DNA of 64,000 nt from Cyanophora paradoxa CCMP329 (lineage: Eukaryota > Plantae > Glaucophyta), in NCBI GenBank assembly GCA_004431415.1, contig QPMI01000415.1, positions 186,001 through 250,000 on the forward strand. Reading direction: 5' to 3'. Below, one piece after another: positions 14,894 through 24,705 of this stretch. Each line of letters begins with the position of its first letter. Within the stretch, counting starts at the first letter, position 1. Position numbers and translations under genes: made by a program. Below the pieces are notes generated by a model that saw only the letters and a program-made list of their open reading frames with translations, made no database searches and was not told where the DNA came from.

Positions 14894-16410
14894 CACTAGT
14901 GCAAAGTGCCCCTGTTCCCACGCCGGTAAAATCTGGGGTGAGGGGGGGTTGTCACCGGGTTCTCCGGGCGTGGTAGTCGCCTTTTGTTCTCAGTCGATTT
15001 CACCTGCTGATTTTTACCGCATTCCCCGACTTTCGAAAAGTCACCAAGTGAGGTCTGTCGGGGCATGAAGATCATTGTGCAATCTAAGCGCTTAAATGCT
15101 ATCACGAATGTATTAGAATTAGATAAAAGACGTATTTTAGAATGTATCTGTGACATTTGAGCGAAATCGGGCATTTAAGAAATATCATGAATAGGGCTTG
15201 AGCCCCAAAAAGGGCTCACAGAGTCATGACAACGGTACTCATGCGTTGAAGGCTCATCATGATTTTGATATTTCATAAACTTGTAAAAGATGTATTAGAA
15301 TGTATCTGTGACATTTGAGCGAAATCGGTCGTTTTAAAAATATCATGAATAGGGCTTGAGCCCCAAAAAGGGCTCACAGAGTCATGCGTGGAGCAATGTT
15401 GCGTGGAGCTCTAGATTGATGCTCTCGTGCTTCGCAGGGGGTCGGCGGGCGGCAGCGCGACTCGGCAGTCGGACCCGCCCACGCCAAGTCTGGTGCCGAG
15501 GTACGGCGAGGGCGCCTGCGCTTCGCATGTTGTGTGGAGCTCTAGATTGATGCTCTCGTGCTTCGCAGGGGGTCGGCGGGCGGCAGCGCGACTCGGCAGT
15601 CGGACCCGCCCACGCCAAGTCTGGTGCCGAGGTAAGGCGAGGGCGCCTGCGCTTCGCATGTTGTGTGGAGCTCTAGATTGATGCTCTCGTGCTTCGCAGT
15701 GGGTCGGCGGGCGGCAGCGCGACTCGGCGGTCGGACCCGCCCACGCCAAGTCTTCAAGGCTCGTCTCATGATCACGTTTCTTTTCCTTTTGTTCAGTTTC
15801 TGACTTCGACATTGTGCAGCGGCAGGAGGAGATCAAGACTGGAGTGGGAAAGAGCGGCGGGTGGCGCTGGAGGCGGAGACGGGGGGAGGCAGCTAGCTAG
15901 CTGCTAGCTTTTGCTAGGTCGAGCTAGCTTTCGGTGAATTTTGCAGCCGGAGCTGGTCGGGGCTGAGAGCGGATGGATCATCGGATAGGGGTCACAAGCG
16001 AGAGCTGGTGTGGGCAGCCAGCGAGAGCTGGTGGGGGCAGCCGGGGAGAGCTGGTGGGGGCAGCCGGCGAGAGCTGGTATGGCTAGCGAGCGGAACCTGA
16101 TGCTGCTCATGGTGGAGAGCTCATGCCGCTCGCAGCTGCAAGCCCATTCAGATCTCGGGTGAGAACAAGATATGCTCTCTGTGGTAACTGTGCTGGAGAG
16201 ACGAAATCCGGTGAGAATCAATGAGCAAGTCAATTTACCTAGTTACCACAATCCACTGATTCCTTACCAGAAGTAGACCATCTGAGAGGAGCCCTTTACC
16301 GAAAGTTGCCCCCCACCTAGTATGGTGAGCGTGCCTATGTTCACCCCCCCTCCCCAGGCTGCTCACCCCCGATATTGCCGGCGTGGGAACAGGGGCAGAT
16401 TCCACTAGTG
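14894..16410. mobile_element. Non-autonomous CACTA (En/Spm) DNA transposon, 1517 bp
   Basis: Termini CACTAGTG...CACTAGTG; imperfect TIR of ~50 bp with core tgcccctgttcccacgccgg; 3-bp TSD TTA at 14891-14893 and 16411-16413; internal repeats and no transposase ORF. Confidence 0.9.
15403..15752. repeat. 131-bp tandem repeat (~2.7 copies) inside the CACTA element
   Basis: tctagattgatgctctcgtgcttcgcag recurs at ~15410, 15541 and 15672. Also a ~90-bp direct repeat (~15135-15228 / 15295-15386) and gagagctggtg(g)gggcagcc repeats at ~16000-16085. Confidence 0.9.
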
Positions 16411-18120
16411 TTAAGCCAGGATCGAGCGTCCACCTCCAGCCAGCATTTGCAACATGCAAGGCCGCCATCAATCACAGCCGCTTTGACGATCCACCGGACT
16501 GTTCTGTGGATCCGGAAGTTGCGAATCAAAGCCACAAGCGCACGCTGGAGGCGACCTGCGAGCTTCTTGCGGCCATCGTCTCAGATCCAGAGTCACAGCC
16601 GCGGGAAGCCGCCATCGAGCTTCTTGGAGGCTCGATCTACGTTGACCCGAGCATCCTCAGCGATTTCCTTCTCAGCGTCCTGCGGGCTCTGCGGGCGCCA
16701 GCTGCGCATGCAGCCGCTGGAATCTCGGACGGGGCCACCGGTGCCATCGCCAGCTGCAGCTCCGGATCCAATGCTAATCCCGTGCACTTGGAGAGCCTTA
16801 AAATCTTCTTCCGCTCTTACTGGGACACGCAACTTGAATTCGAGCCGCTGACAAATGATTATATTGAAAGCAAAATGATGTGGCCATCGGCTGACGAGCT
16901 TTACGGAGCTCTTTCTCCCTTCAGCAATTTGAAGTCAATCGTCCTGTCCTGCTATTCTGAACACGGAGGCATCAATTCGCCCATGGCAGCAGCCATCGCG
17001 TTGGCATGTCCTCAGCTTCGCTTCGTCAGCCTCCCTCCAAACGTTGAGTTCGTGTCAGCAGTCTTGAAGGAGCTCGCGCAGCTGCCCCGCCTCGAAGAGT
17101 TGTTGGTTCTTCGTCCTTTTGGGGAGCTAGATGCAATCCGCGACTTCAAGCAGTCGGACATCTCTCGCGGCCTGCAGAATCTGGCTGACGGCCCCGCGGG
17201 CAGGAGCCTTCGACGCATCTCTTTTTACGAAGAGATTTCGATATACATGGACTTGTCAAATCCAATTGCAAATCATGAGTGCGTTTAAACGTTCACTTTG
17301 CAATTGTTATTTTACGTGATCGTATCGCGATCAATATCGATATCGATATTTCGCAAATCTTATTAATTATATGTTAGTATTGATTGCATATGCCATTGCC
17401 CGCGATCATCAGGCTTTCCAAGTTTCCCGACCCGGAGAAAACGTGGCTGGAGGCGACTGGCCTTCATGATGATACATCGACGTCTCGGGCGTTTCTGGTT
17501 GCCCTCGGCCGAATGCCGAACATCGAGTCCATCCCCGATCTCGCGGTCTGCGCATATATATATATTCTTGTGTTGTGTCCGCGGACTCCGCCACCGTGTT
17601 CGGCGCCGGCTGTCAGTACTTTGCTCGGTAGCTCCCCCGTCGTGGCTCCTCGGGGGCCTCTTCGTCGTCGTCAAAAAATGAGAGAACCCCCACCCAGATG
17701 GCCCACCCCTCTCCGCCACCCCCATCCCCTCACCACCTCTCTCGCTGCACCAGCCCTAGCGTCCACCCCACTCTCCCTTCAACCCCGCCATCTCGTTACG
17801 TCTACACATCGATCAAGCAACGTCTACCGACCCTTTGCCTTGGTCAAAGCCTAGCAATAGCTTACGTCTATTCAAGACAGTGCTGTCAAGTAGAAGAGAC
17901 GAAGAGGAGCGCGGCCCCCCCTTGAGCGCGGTCTGCAGAGCAACGGGGCAGAATAGGCTAGGCGATATTGATGTGTGCATCGAAGCTAACTGAGGAAACA
18001 GGTTGAGCTCTAGCTGGGAGTTAATTATGAGGAAACGGGTGAGCTCTATCTAGCAATTAGCCTTAAAGGTTTCGCCCACACAATATACATATTAAAAGTG
18101 ACCTAGATCTATCTGCAGAA

Positions 18121-18540
18121 ATGAGCACCACAGAGATTCAGCTGGAGGGCAAGTATGGATTGGGTAAGGTTATGTTAATTGATGCAAATATGAAGACTAA
18201 ATTCGAGAACATCAAATGGATAGGGACTCAAGAAGGGTTTGCGAAAAGCAATAAAGGAATCTGGGCCTCTCACTTTGCACTGGGAGTTGAGGGCAAGCTG
18301 AACAGAGACGAGATGGTCTTGCACCTAAATGGCACCCGGCTTGATAATCGAACAGTAAATCTTCGAGTGGTTCCTAATGTTCAAAGAGAATTTAGATTTG
18401 GGCAGTATTCAGGCTCACGTTTTATAAACGTCTGGAAAGTAAATCCGAAATACTGCTCATGGCTGCTGGAAAACTGTGAAGATTACTTGACGGAGGGTGA
18501 AATGAAGGATTTGAAACGTCTACTGGCGACAAAGATTTGA
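18121..18540 (+). CDS. HNH endonuclease-like protein with C-terminal FG(K/Q)Y-x-G (ExoX-C/DUF3820-like) domain, 139 aa; left-arm copy
   Basis: GKVMLID...KW N-terminus and VLHLNGTRLDNRTVNLRVV match the phage-type HNH_3 pattern (VDHINGNxLDNRxxNLR); FRFGQYSG...PKYCSWLLEN matches the FGKYKG...YxxWL domain. Confidence 0.72.
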   Translation: MSTTEIQLEGKYGLGKVMLIDANMKTKFENIKWIGTQEGFAKSNKGIWASHFALGVEGKLNRDEMVLHLNGTRLDNRTVNLRVVPNVQREFRFGQYSGSRFINVWKVNPKYCSWLLENCEDYLTEGEMKDLKRLLATKI

Positions 18541-18802
18541 TCAGCTGGGCGTGTTTACAGTCTGGAGGGAACGTGAGACACAGCGCGGGCGAGCTCTATC
18601 TAGGCGCTATCAGGGGCAACCTCCCAAGCGGTAGGGGCCCCAGAGCGGTCTGGTGCGGCCTCTGGAGAAGAGTCGATGACTGTACCTTTCTTTTGTTTTA
18701 ATTCGGAGGGTCAAGTTCCTGAGAAAACTTTGCGGACGCCGTGACGTGACGCTGTGACGTGGCGAGAAAACGGTGAGATACGTGACACACAAAAGATTGG
18801 TG

Positions 18803-18953
18803 CTGATAGTGCACTGATAGTGCGCTGATAGTGCGCTGATAGTGCGCTGATAGCTAGCCCAAGAACGAGCGGCCGCCTTGCTTACACCATTAAGCCGGAT
18901 ACTGAAGAAAAGCCAAGCCGGATCCAAGCCGGATCCAAGCCGGAGACAAGCCG
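18803..18953. repeat. Two adjacent 11-bp tandem arrays upstream of pPolB (mirrored at ~24813-24963)
   Basis: ctgatagtgc(a/g) x4.6 at 18803-18853 and ccaagccgga(t/g) x~3.7 at 18913-18953. Confidence 0.9.
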
Positions 18954-19060
18954 TCGCTGAGCAGCACCAGTGACATGTTATAAAGGAATCGCACCGCCCT
19001 ATAGGGACGAGCGGTTGGTTGCGCGCTTTCTCTGAAAATCTTTTGGAGCGCTATTGTTAA

Positions 19061-20221
19061 ATGGAGCGACGGTTTGAGATTGCGCGGCTCAAAGAGCAGA
19101 TAGCAGGCCAAGCCTCGGTTTTGTACAATCGCAGGTTTATTCATGGACAATTTAGAAACAAACTGCAGCGCATCAGTGCGAGTGGGTCACGCACGCGACT
19201 TCCGACACTACAAAAATACGCATCACTTCTGTACGAGCTATCAACAGTACCGAGGCCGCCGAGACTAGTTGCAGCTGCACGGCTTGAGCTTGCTATTGCT
19301 GAGGGAATTGTAGCAGGATTTTCAGAGCTGCCCGATCTGAGCGTGAGCGAGTTCAGCGAAACTGAAATTGCAGAGGAGGACGGCACAGTGACGACACGTA
19401 CAGCGCTGAACGGGACATACGCTGACTGGGAGTACCGGCCCTCACGTGGAACAGGCCGAGTCACGTCGATGCAGGCGCAGCTCGAAAATAATGCGAGGTT
19501 CAGAGCAGGCGCAGTGGCGTTTGCGAGCGTGCAGCAAGAATTAGCAAGTCAGGATCGAATGGGCATAGCTTTGCAGGTCTCAGGAGTCGGACTCTATCGC
19601 AAGCCTAACGAAGACTCAGCGCTTGCAGTAGTGATTGAGCACAGGAAATTTTACCGCATACTCCCAGGCTCAGACGTTGTTGAGACGATCCGCTCACAGC
19701 TGGAAGAGCTAGATACTATTGCGCAGGAAAAGAGCCGTGATTCTTCCGCCTTCGAGACGTGGATTAAGCTACGCTTTACCGTGATTAGATACTTCAGACG
19801 TATGGGCGGCCGCGGACGCGGGTTTGTACTTCCGAGCTGGCTTGCACTCAAGCAGGCCTTGATCAATATCAATGCACCAAACAACGAGTGCTTTAAATAT
19901 GCTGTCCTCGCAGCGCGCAATCCGCTGGCCCCAGGGGTGGATTCGAGGCATGCAGGAAGCTATCGGCAGCATGAGACATCGCTAGATTGTACAATGCTCA
20001 CGTATCCGACGCCACTCGATTCGAAAATGTTCAGCAAATTTGAGTGTGCGAATAATGTTAAGCTCTGCGTCTACACGACTGCGCTAGACAAGCAAGACAT
20101 CGTTCCGATCCACATTAGCGAAGATGGAAGAAAGCTTGAAGTGTGCGAAATAATGTTAAGCTTGCGAATAATTTTGAGTGTGCGAATAATGTTAAGCTCT
20201 GCGTCTACACGACTGCGCTAG
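19061..20221 (+). pseudogene. Truncated duplicate of the pPolB 5' region (putative terminal protein plus the Cys half of the vOTU-like protease)
   Basis: Identical to the N-terminus of the minus-strand pPolB through ...KQDIVPIHIS (20120), then runs into junction sequence. It has no frameshift at AIAEGIVAG, unlike the right-arm copy. Confidence 0.85.
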
Positions 20222-20267
20222 ACAAGCAAGACATCGTTCCGATCCACATTAGACGAAGATCCACATC

Positions 20268-20513
20268 GTTGTCAGAAAGCTTGAAGATGCTAAACAGATT
20301 CCGAAATTCATCGCTCAGCTGCCGGGGATCTGGGGTTTTTCGGGCGACAATGGCTTTAATACGGCTGCTGTGCGGGCAATGGCCGAAGAGAATTCATTTT
20401 CGATGCACACTGACGTCGCTCAGGATGATCACATATCGAAAGGCGACAAGCTAGGGATCATCGATCGATTCGCACGGACATTGCGAGCCCTGATTCAGGC
20501 AGCTGAGCGATGA
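20268..20513 (+). pseudogene. Inverted second half of the integrase catalytic core
   Basis: Reads VVRKLEDAKQIPKFIAQLP-GIWGFSGDNGFNT...GDKLGIIDRFARTLRALIQ. SGDNG (D at 20346) corresponds to rve SDNG, and IIDRFARTL (D at 20463) to rve ERFNRTL. Not in the supplied ORF track. Confidence 0.85.
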
Positions 20514-20664
20514 ATTTCGGAATCTGTTTAGCATCTTCAAGCTTTCTGACAACTGCAAATCGAGTTGCAATCTCAATCGCTGCAAATAGTCGAAAACGTC
20601 CAATGAAAAGTATGTCGACTTGATATGCCCCTGGTGGAGCAGTAATTTTAAATGAGGGCGCCAT
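20498..20664 (-). CDS. Retroviral-like (rve) integrase, 5' half; start codon overlaps the pPolB stop (TAATG)
   Basis: MAPSFKITAPPGAYQVDILF...FAAIEIATRFAVV fits rve beta1-beta3 (W/YQxD...xxIDxxSRxA); broken after IAQLP. Confidence 0.8.
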
Positions 20665-23600
20665 TAGTTATTTGAAAGATTTTTAAAGTGACCTATCGCC
20701 CTGGTGTTCACACCATCCTCGCACAGGAATCGCTTGGTATCAAGCGGGTGCAGGGCTTGCTTTGACGTCTGCTGTAGCCAGATCTGGTGTTGCTTCGATC
20801 TGAAGCCGAGAATCCCCTCTACGTTGCATGATTTGCCCCCAAAGATGCAGTCGTAGTATCGCTCTCGTGTCAGCGAGCTGCTGAACGTCTTGTTAACGCC
20901 CTTGCACTTGTGCACTTCTGATTCCTCTGTGCTCATATAGTACGATTTCGGTCGGTTCGCGATCCACTCAAGCATTTGCCTGCCGCCACACTCGTCCTTG
21001 AACAGCCCGGGAACCTTGCCCATCGATCGTAGTCGCTGCACTTCAGCTGCTGGCATCCCCTCGAAGAACGGGTGACTCGTAGGGTATTCACTGACATCTA
21101 GCTCGCATTTGATTTTGCGAAGGTCCTCGTATAAATTTTCGGTCTCAATCTGAATTATGAGACTGTCTGTATCTGTTCCAAGTAGCTTAAGCCGCTGGCC
21201 CAGAGCGGTTTGAGCACCTGGTAGTAAAACCGATACATGTGCAGCTTTGACAAATCAAGGATTGCGAACCCGCAGTAGATCGGTTTGTTGAGTGTGTATT
21301 CGCTCTTTCGCTTATTTACGTACACCAAGTTCTCGTCATAGACAGCGACCTGTCTCAAGCGATTTGGCTCTGTGTTGATTTTCGCTAGTCGTTCTCCTGA
21401 TGTCACAAGCTCGGAATTACAGTGCTTGCGCACGTTCTCCATCGTTTTCCCAAATACCGCATTATTTAGTAGCTTGTAGAGATCTTTTTCATACGGGAAT
21501 TCCGCCTGCTTTCGCTTCAGAGTGTTCAAATCGATATAGCTCTCAAGCCATGCACTTTGCTCGAACGAAAGCACTCTGTGTATTTTAGAAACAACCATCC
21601 CCATCGACACATAAAACTGCAGCACTCGTGCATCCACTACGTAATTCTTCTTCGGCAGCAAGTTTGGAACTAGCTTTGGCGTTCTCTCGATTCCACTAAG
21701 CTTTTCGTTTTCAATCGATTCTTGTTGTTTTGCCGACAGGTGCTCTTTTGATACGCACATGCGCTCAGGAGCTAGCGGGTAATCGCTGAAATAATCATGC
21801 AGCTCTTCAGGACAATGCATGTCAACCTCCAGAGAAAAACCCCTTGAACCATGAACATCAAGGTCTGTGATATACAGTTTAGGATCAGTAATACCACTGA
21901 CGTCCTCCCATTTGAAGTCCCCTGTCGGTAGTTTTTGTTTCATAGAAAGCCCATAAAGGTTGTTTGCATCGAGGTACAGTAACCAGCCCTGCTTTTTTCT
22001 GTGACCCACGATGTACTTATCAATCCAGGCATTATTAGCTCGAGCATATCTTTTTGATATCATAGAGATTCCTCCACGGATCCCTTTTTCAATAAAGCGG
22101 TGCATATCCTCCTGCCCTTCGTGGAACAGCTCCAGTTGCTGGCCGGTGTGTTTCAAAGCTGCTTGCCATGAGAACCCAGGAATGCTCATAAAGTAGCTGG
22201 GGTCCAGCTTGTACGTCTCCATACACGTGTCCCGGTAGTTTTCAAAGACGTCTGCTAGTAAAGCTATGTCTGTCTTCATGTACTCCATTGTATAATCAGC
22301 CATTGTCCTGCAACCAAGCTCACGCCAGACCGACTGAGCGTGGGCATAATCATCCCGAGAGCACTTCGACTGCTTTAGCTCGTTGTAAAATTGGCGGCGC
22401 CCTGGTAGTGATGTCTCTGCAAGACGATCCCAGCCAGTAATGTACTTGTATGGATAGACACCCTTGCGCGTCATTAGTTTGAACCGTGTCTCATCCTCAT
22501 GCAGTGCACGCGTGATTTTCTTTTTCTCATCAGGTACTGCAGCCGCAAGGCTATCGAGACTGCCCTGCAGGTGCTGAGCAGAGTCACGGAAAACGTAAAT
22601 GCCGTATGTGAACTGTGAAATGCGCTCGCTGTTCTGAAACACCTGGTCAAACTTCGTTGACAGTAACTCACGAGGACGTAGTTTGCGCTCAAGCCGCTTC
22701 CTTGCATTTTTCGCATGATCTGCGCTCAGCTCACGCCCTGCGTATTTGGCTTGAAACTGGCGCTCAACCTCGGCTCTGAATGCATTTTCTGCGACTTTCC
22801 GCCGGTTATAGCCTGCTGCCAGAGCCCTCACTAATAGATGAAAGTCAAATCCTCGGCCATTGTGAAAGAAGATTGGCACGGCGGCAGCTTTTGCTCGTCG
22901 CCTGTTGCAGGCCCTGCATGCCGCTCCAAGGTACTGCCCAGAATCATGGCAATGATCACGATGTTTATCTTTGCCTCCTTTGAACTCGCTTCCACACATA
23001 TAGCACGTTTCTGCTGCCTGAAAGGAGCGCTCTTGCGCCTGCGTAATCTGCATCGGCGCTTCCTCCTCCAAAATTCCCTTAAACTGCGGCTCCTTTTCAT
23101 CGAGCCAAGCAATAAATGCCTCTGCAGACTCCTCAGTTGGGCTGCCCATATGCGAGAACCAAAAATGCTCCTGTCGCCTCGGCTCTGAATTTTCAACGCT
23201 GTCTGCAGTTGCATTCGTCCCTTGATTTTGTCCCTTGTTTACTACGACTAAGCAGCCGATCGAAGCTATCGCGTGGACTCCTAGCTGCTTCGTCTTTGCT
23301 GGACTCTCGGTCTGCAAAACAGGTAGAGTCATTGTTTCCGAGTCAGCATATCCAACAAGCCTTTGCCGAATCGTCTTCTCGAAGCTGTTGAATTTTATAA
23401 AGTGCTCGCCCTTTTTCGGAAGCACGTCCCTGGCGTGCTCATCTCGATCAAGGCACCGGTCGTATTTAAGATGATTCTGAAAGGCCTCGTCTGAGCCAAA
23501 GCCGCACTGGCAGGCCAAGCAATAGTGCTTCGCATTCGACCCATGCTTTCCAAACAGTCGCGATATGTTCTTTATCCACAAATAATGTCCCACATCATTC

Positions 23601-24705
23601 CCATCGCCTGCTGGCACGTACAGTATCGGTATAGCATCCGTTGCTGCGCTAATGTGGATCGGAACGATGTCTTGCTTGTCTAGCGCAGTCGTGTAGACGC
23701 AGAGCTTAACATTATTCGCACACTCAAATTTGCTGAACATTTTCGAATCGAGTGGCGTCGGATACGTGAGCATTGTACAATCTAGCGATGTCTCATGCTG
23801 CCGATAGCTTCCTGCATGCCTCGAATCCACCCCTGGGGCCAGCGGATTGCGCGCTGCGAGGACAGCATATTTAAAGCACTCGTTGTTTGGTGCATTGATA
23901 TTGATCAAGGCCTGCTTGAGTGCAAGCCAGCTCGGAAGTACAAACCCGCGTCCGCGGCCGCCCATACGTCTGAAGTATCTAATCACGGTAAAGCGTAGCT
24001 TAATCCACGTCTCGAAGGCGGAAGAATCACGGCTCTTTTCCTGCGCAATAGTATCTAGCTCTTCCAGCTGTGAGCGGATCGTCTCAACAACGTCTGAGCC
24101 TGGGAGTATGCGGTAAAATTTCCTGTGCTCAATCACTACTGCAAGCGCTGAGTCTTCGTTAGGCTTGCGATAGAGTCCGACTCCTGAGACCTGCAAAGCT
24201 ATGCCCATTCGATCCTGACTTGCTAATTCTTGCTGCACGCTCGCAAACGCCACTGCGCCTGCTCTGAACCTCGCATTATTTTCGAGCTGCGCCTGCATCG
24301 ACGTGACTCGGCCTGTTCCACGTGAGGGCCGGTACTCCCAGTCAGCGTATGTCCCGTTCAGCGCTGTACGTGTCGTCACTGTGCCGTCCTCCTCTGCAAT
24401 TTCAGTTTCGCTGAACTCGCTCACGCTCAGATCGGGCAGCTCTGAAAATCCTGCTACAATTCCTCAGCAATAGCAAGCTCAAGCCGTGCAGCTGCAACTA
24501 GTCTCGGCGGCCTCGGTACTGTTGATAGCTCGTACAGAAGTGATGCGTATTTTTGTAGTGTCGGAAGTCGCGTGCGTGACCCACTCGCACTGATGCGCTG
24601 CAGTTTGTTTCTAAATTGTCCATGAATAAACCTGCGATTGTACAAAACCGAGGCTTGGCCTGCTATCTGCTCTTTGAGCCGCGCAATCTCAAACCGTCGC
24701 TCCAT
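20664..24705 (-). CDS. pPolB: Protein-primed family B DNA polymerase polyprotein, ~1347 aa after correcting two homopolymer frameshifts (~24462 and ~21200)
   Basis: vOTU-like NNECFKYAV...GHYLWI; zinc finger CLAC..F...H...C; ExoI YADSE; EndoVII-like CYMC...RDHCHDSGQYLGAACRACN; ExoII HNGRGFDFH; KGVYPY; ExoIII YMKTD; GIRGG; PolA YLDANNLYG; PolB KLLNNAVFGK; PolC GTDTDS (in the shifted frame at ~21160-21180); GLFKDE, PKSY, KCKGV and DTKR in ORF 20664-21056. Confidence 0.95.

Larger units (their letters stand above)
17673..20120 (+). repeat. Left arm of the long inverted repeat (2448 bp)
   Basis: Reverse complement of 23647-26093. The only differences I found are three 1-bp homopolymer indels (near 17915/25848, 18638/25128, 19303/24462). 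Identity ends after ...gatccacattagcg. Confidence 0.95.

Noticed and set aside
15403-15752. Possible CRISPR-like array
   Set aside because: The units are near-identical over their full 131 bp with no unique spacers; eukaryotic context inside a CACTA element; no cas genes.
18803-18953. Possible telomeric or CRISPR repeats
   Set aside because: Internal head-to-tail 11-mers without spacers and not a known telomere unit.
21155-21210. True pPolB C-terminus at 21155, or programmed frameshifting
   Set aside because: Motif C lies in the other frame; a single missing G in a G run explains it, matching the other homopolymer indels; no slippery heptamer seen.
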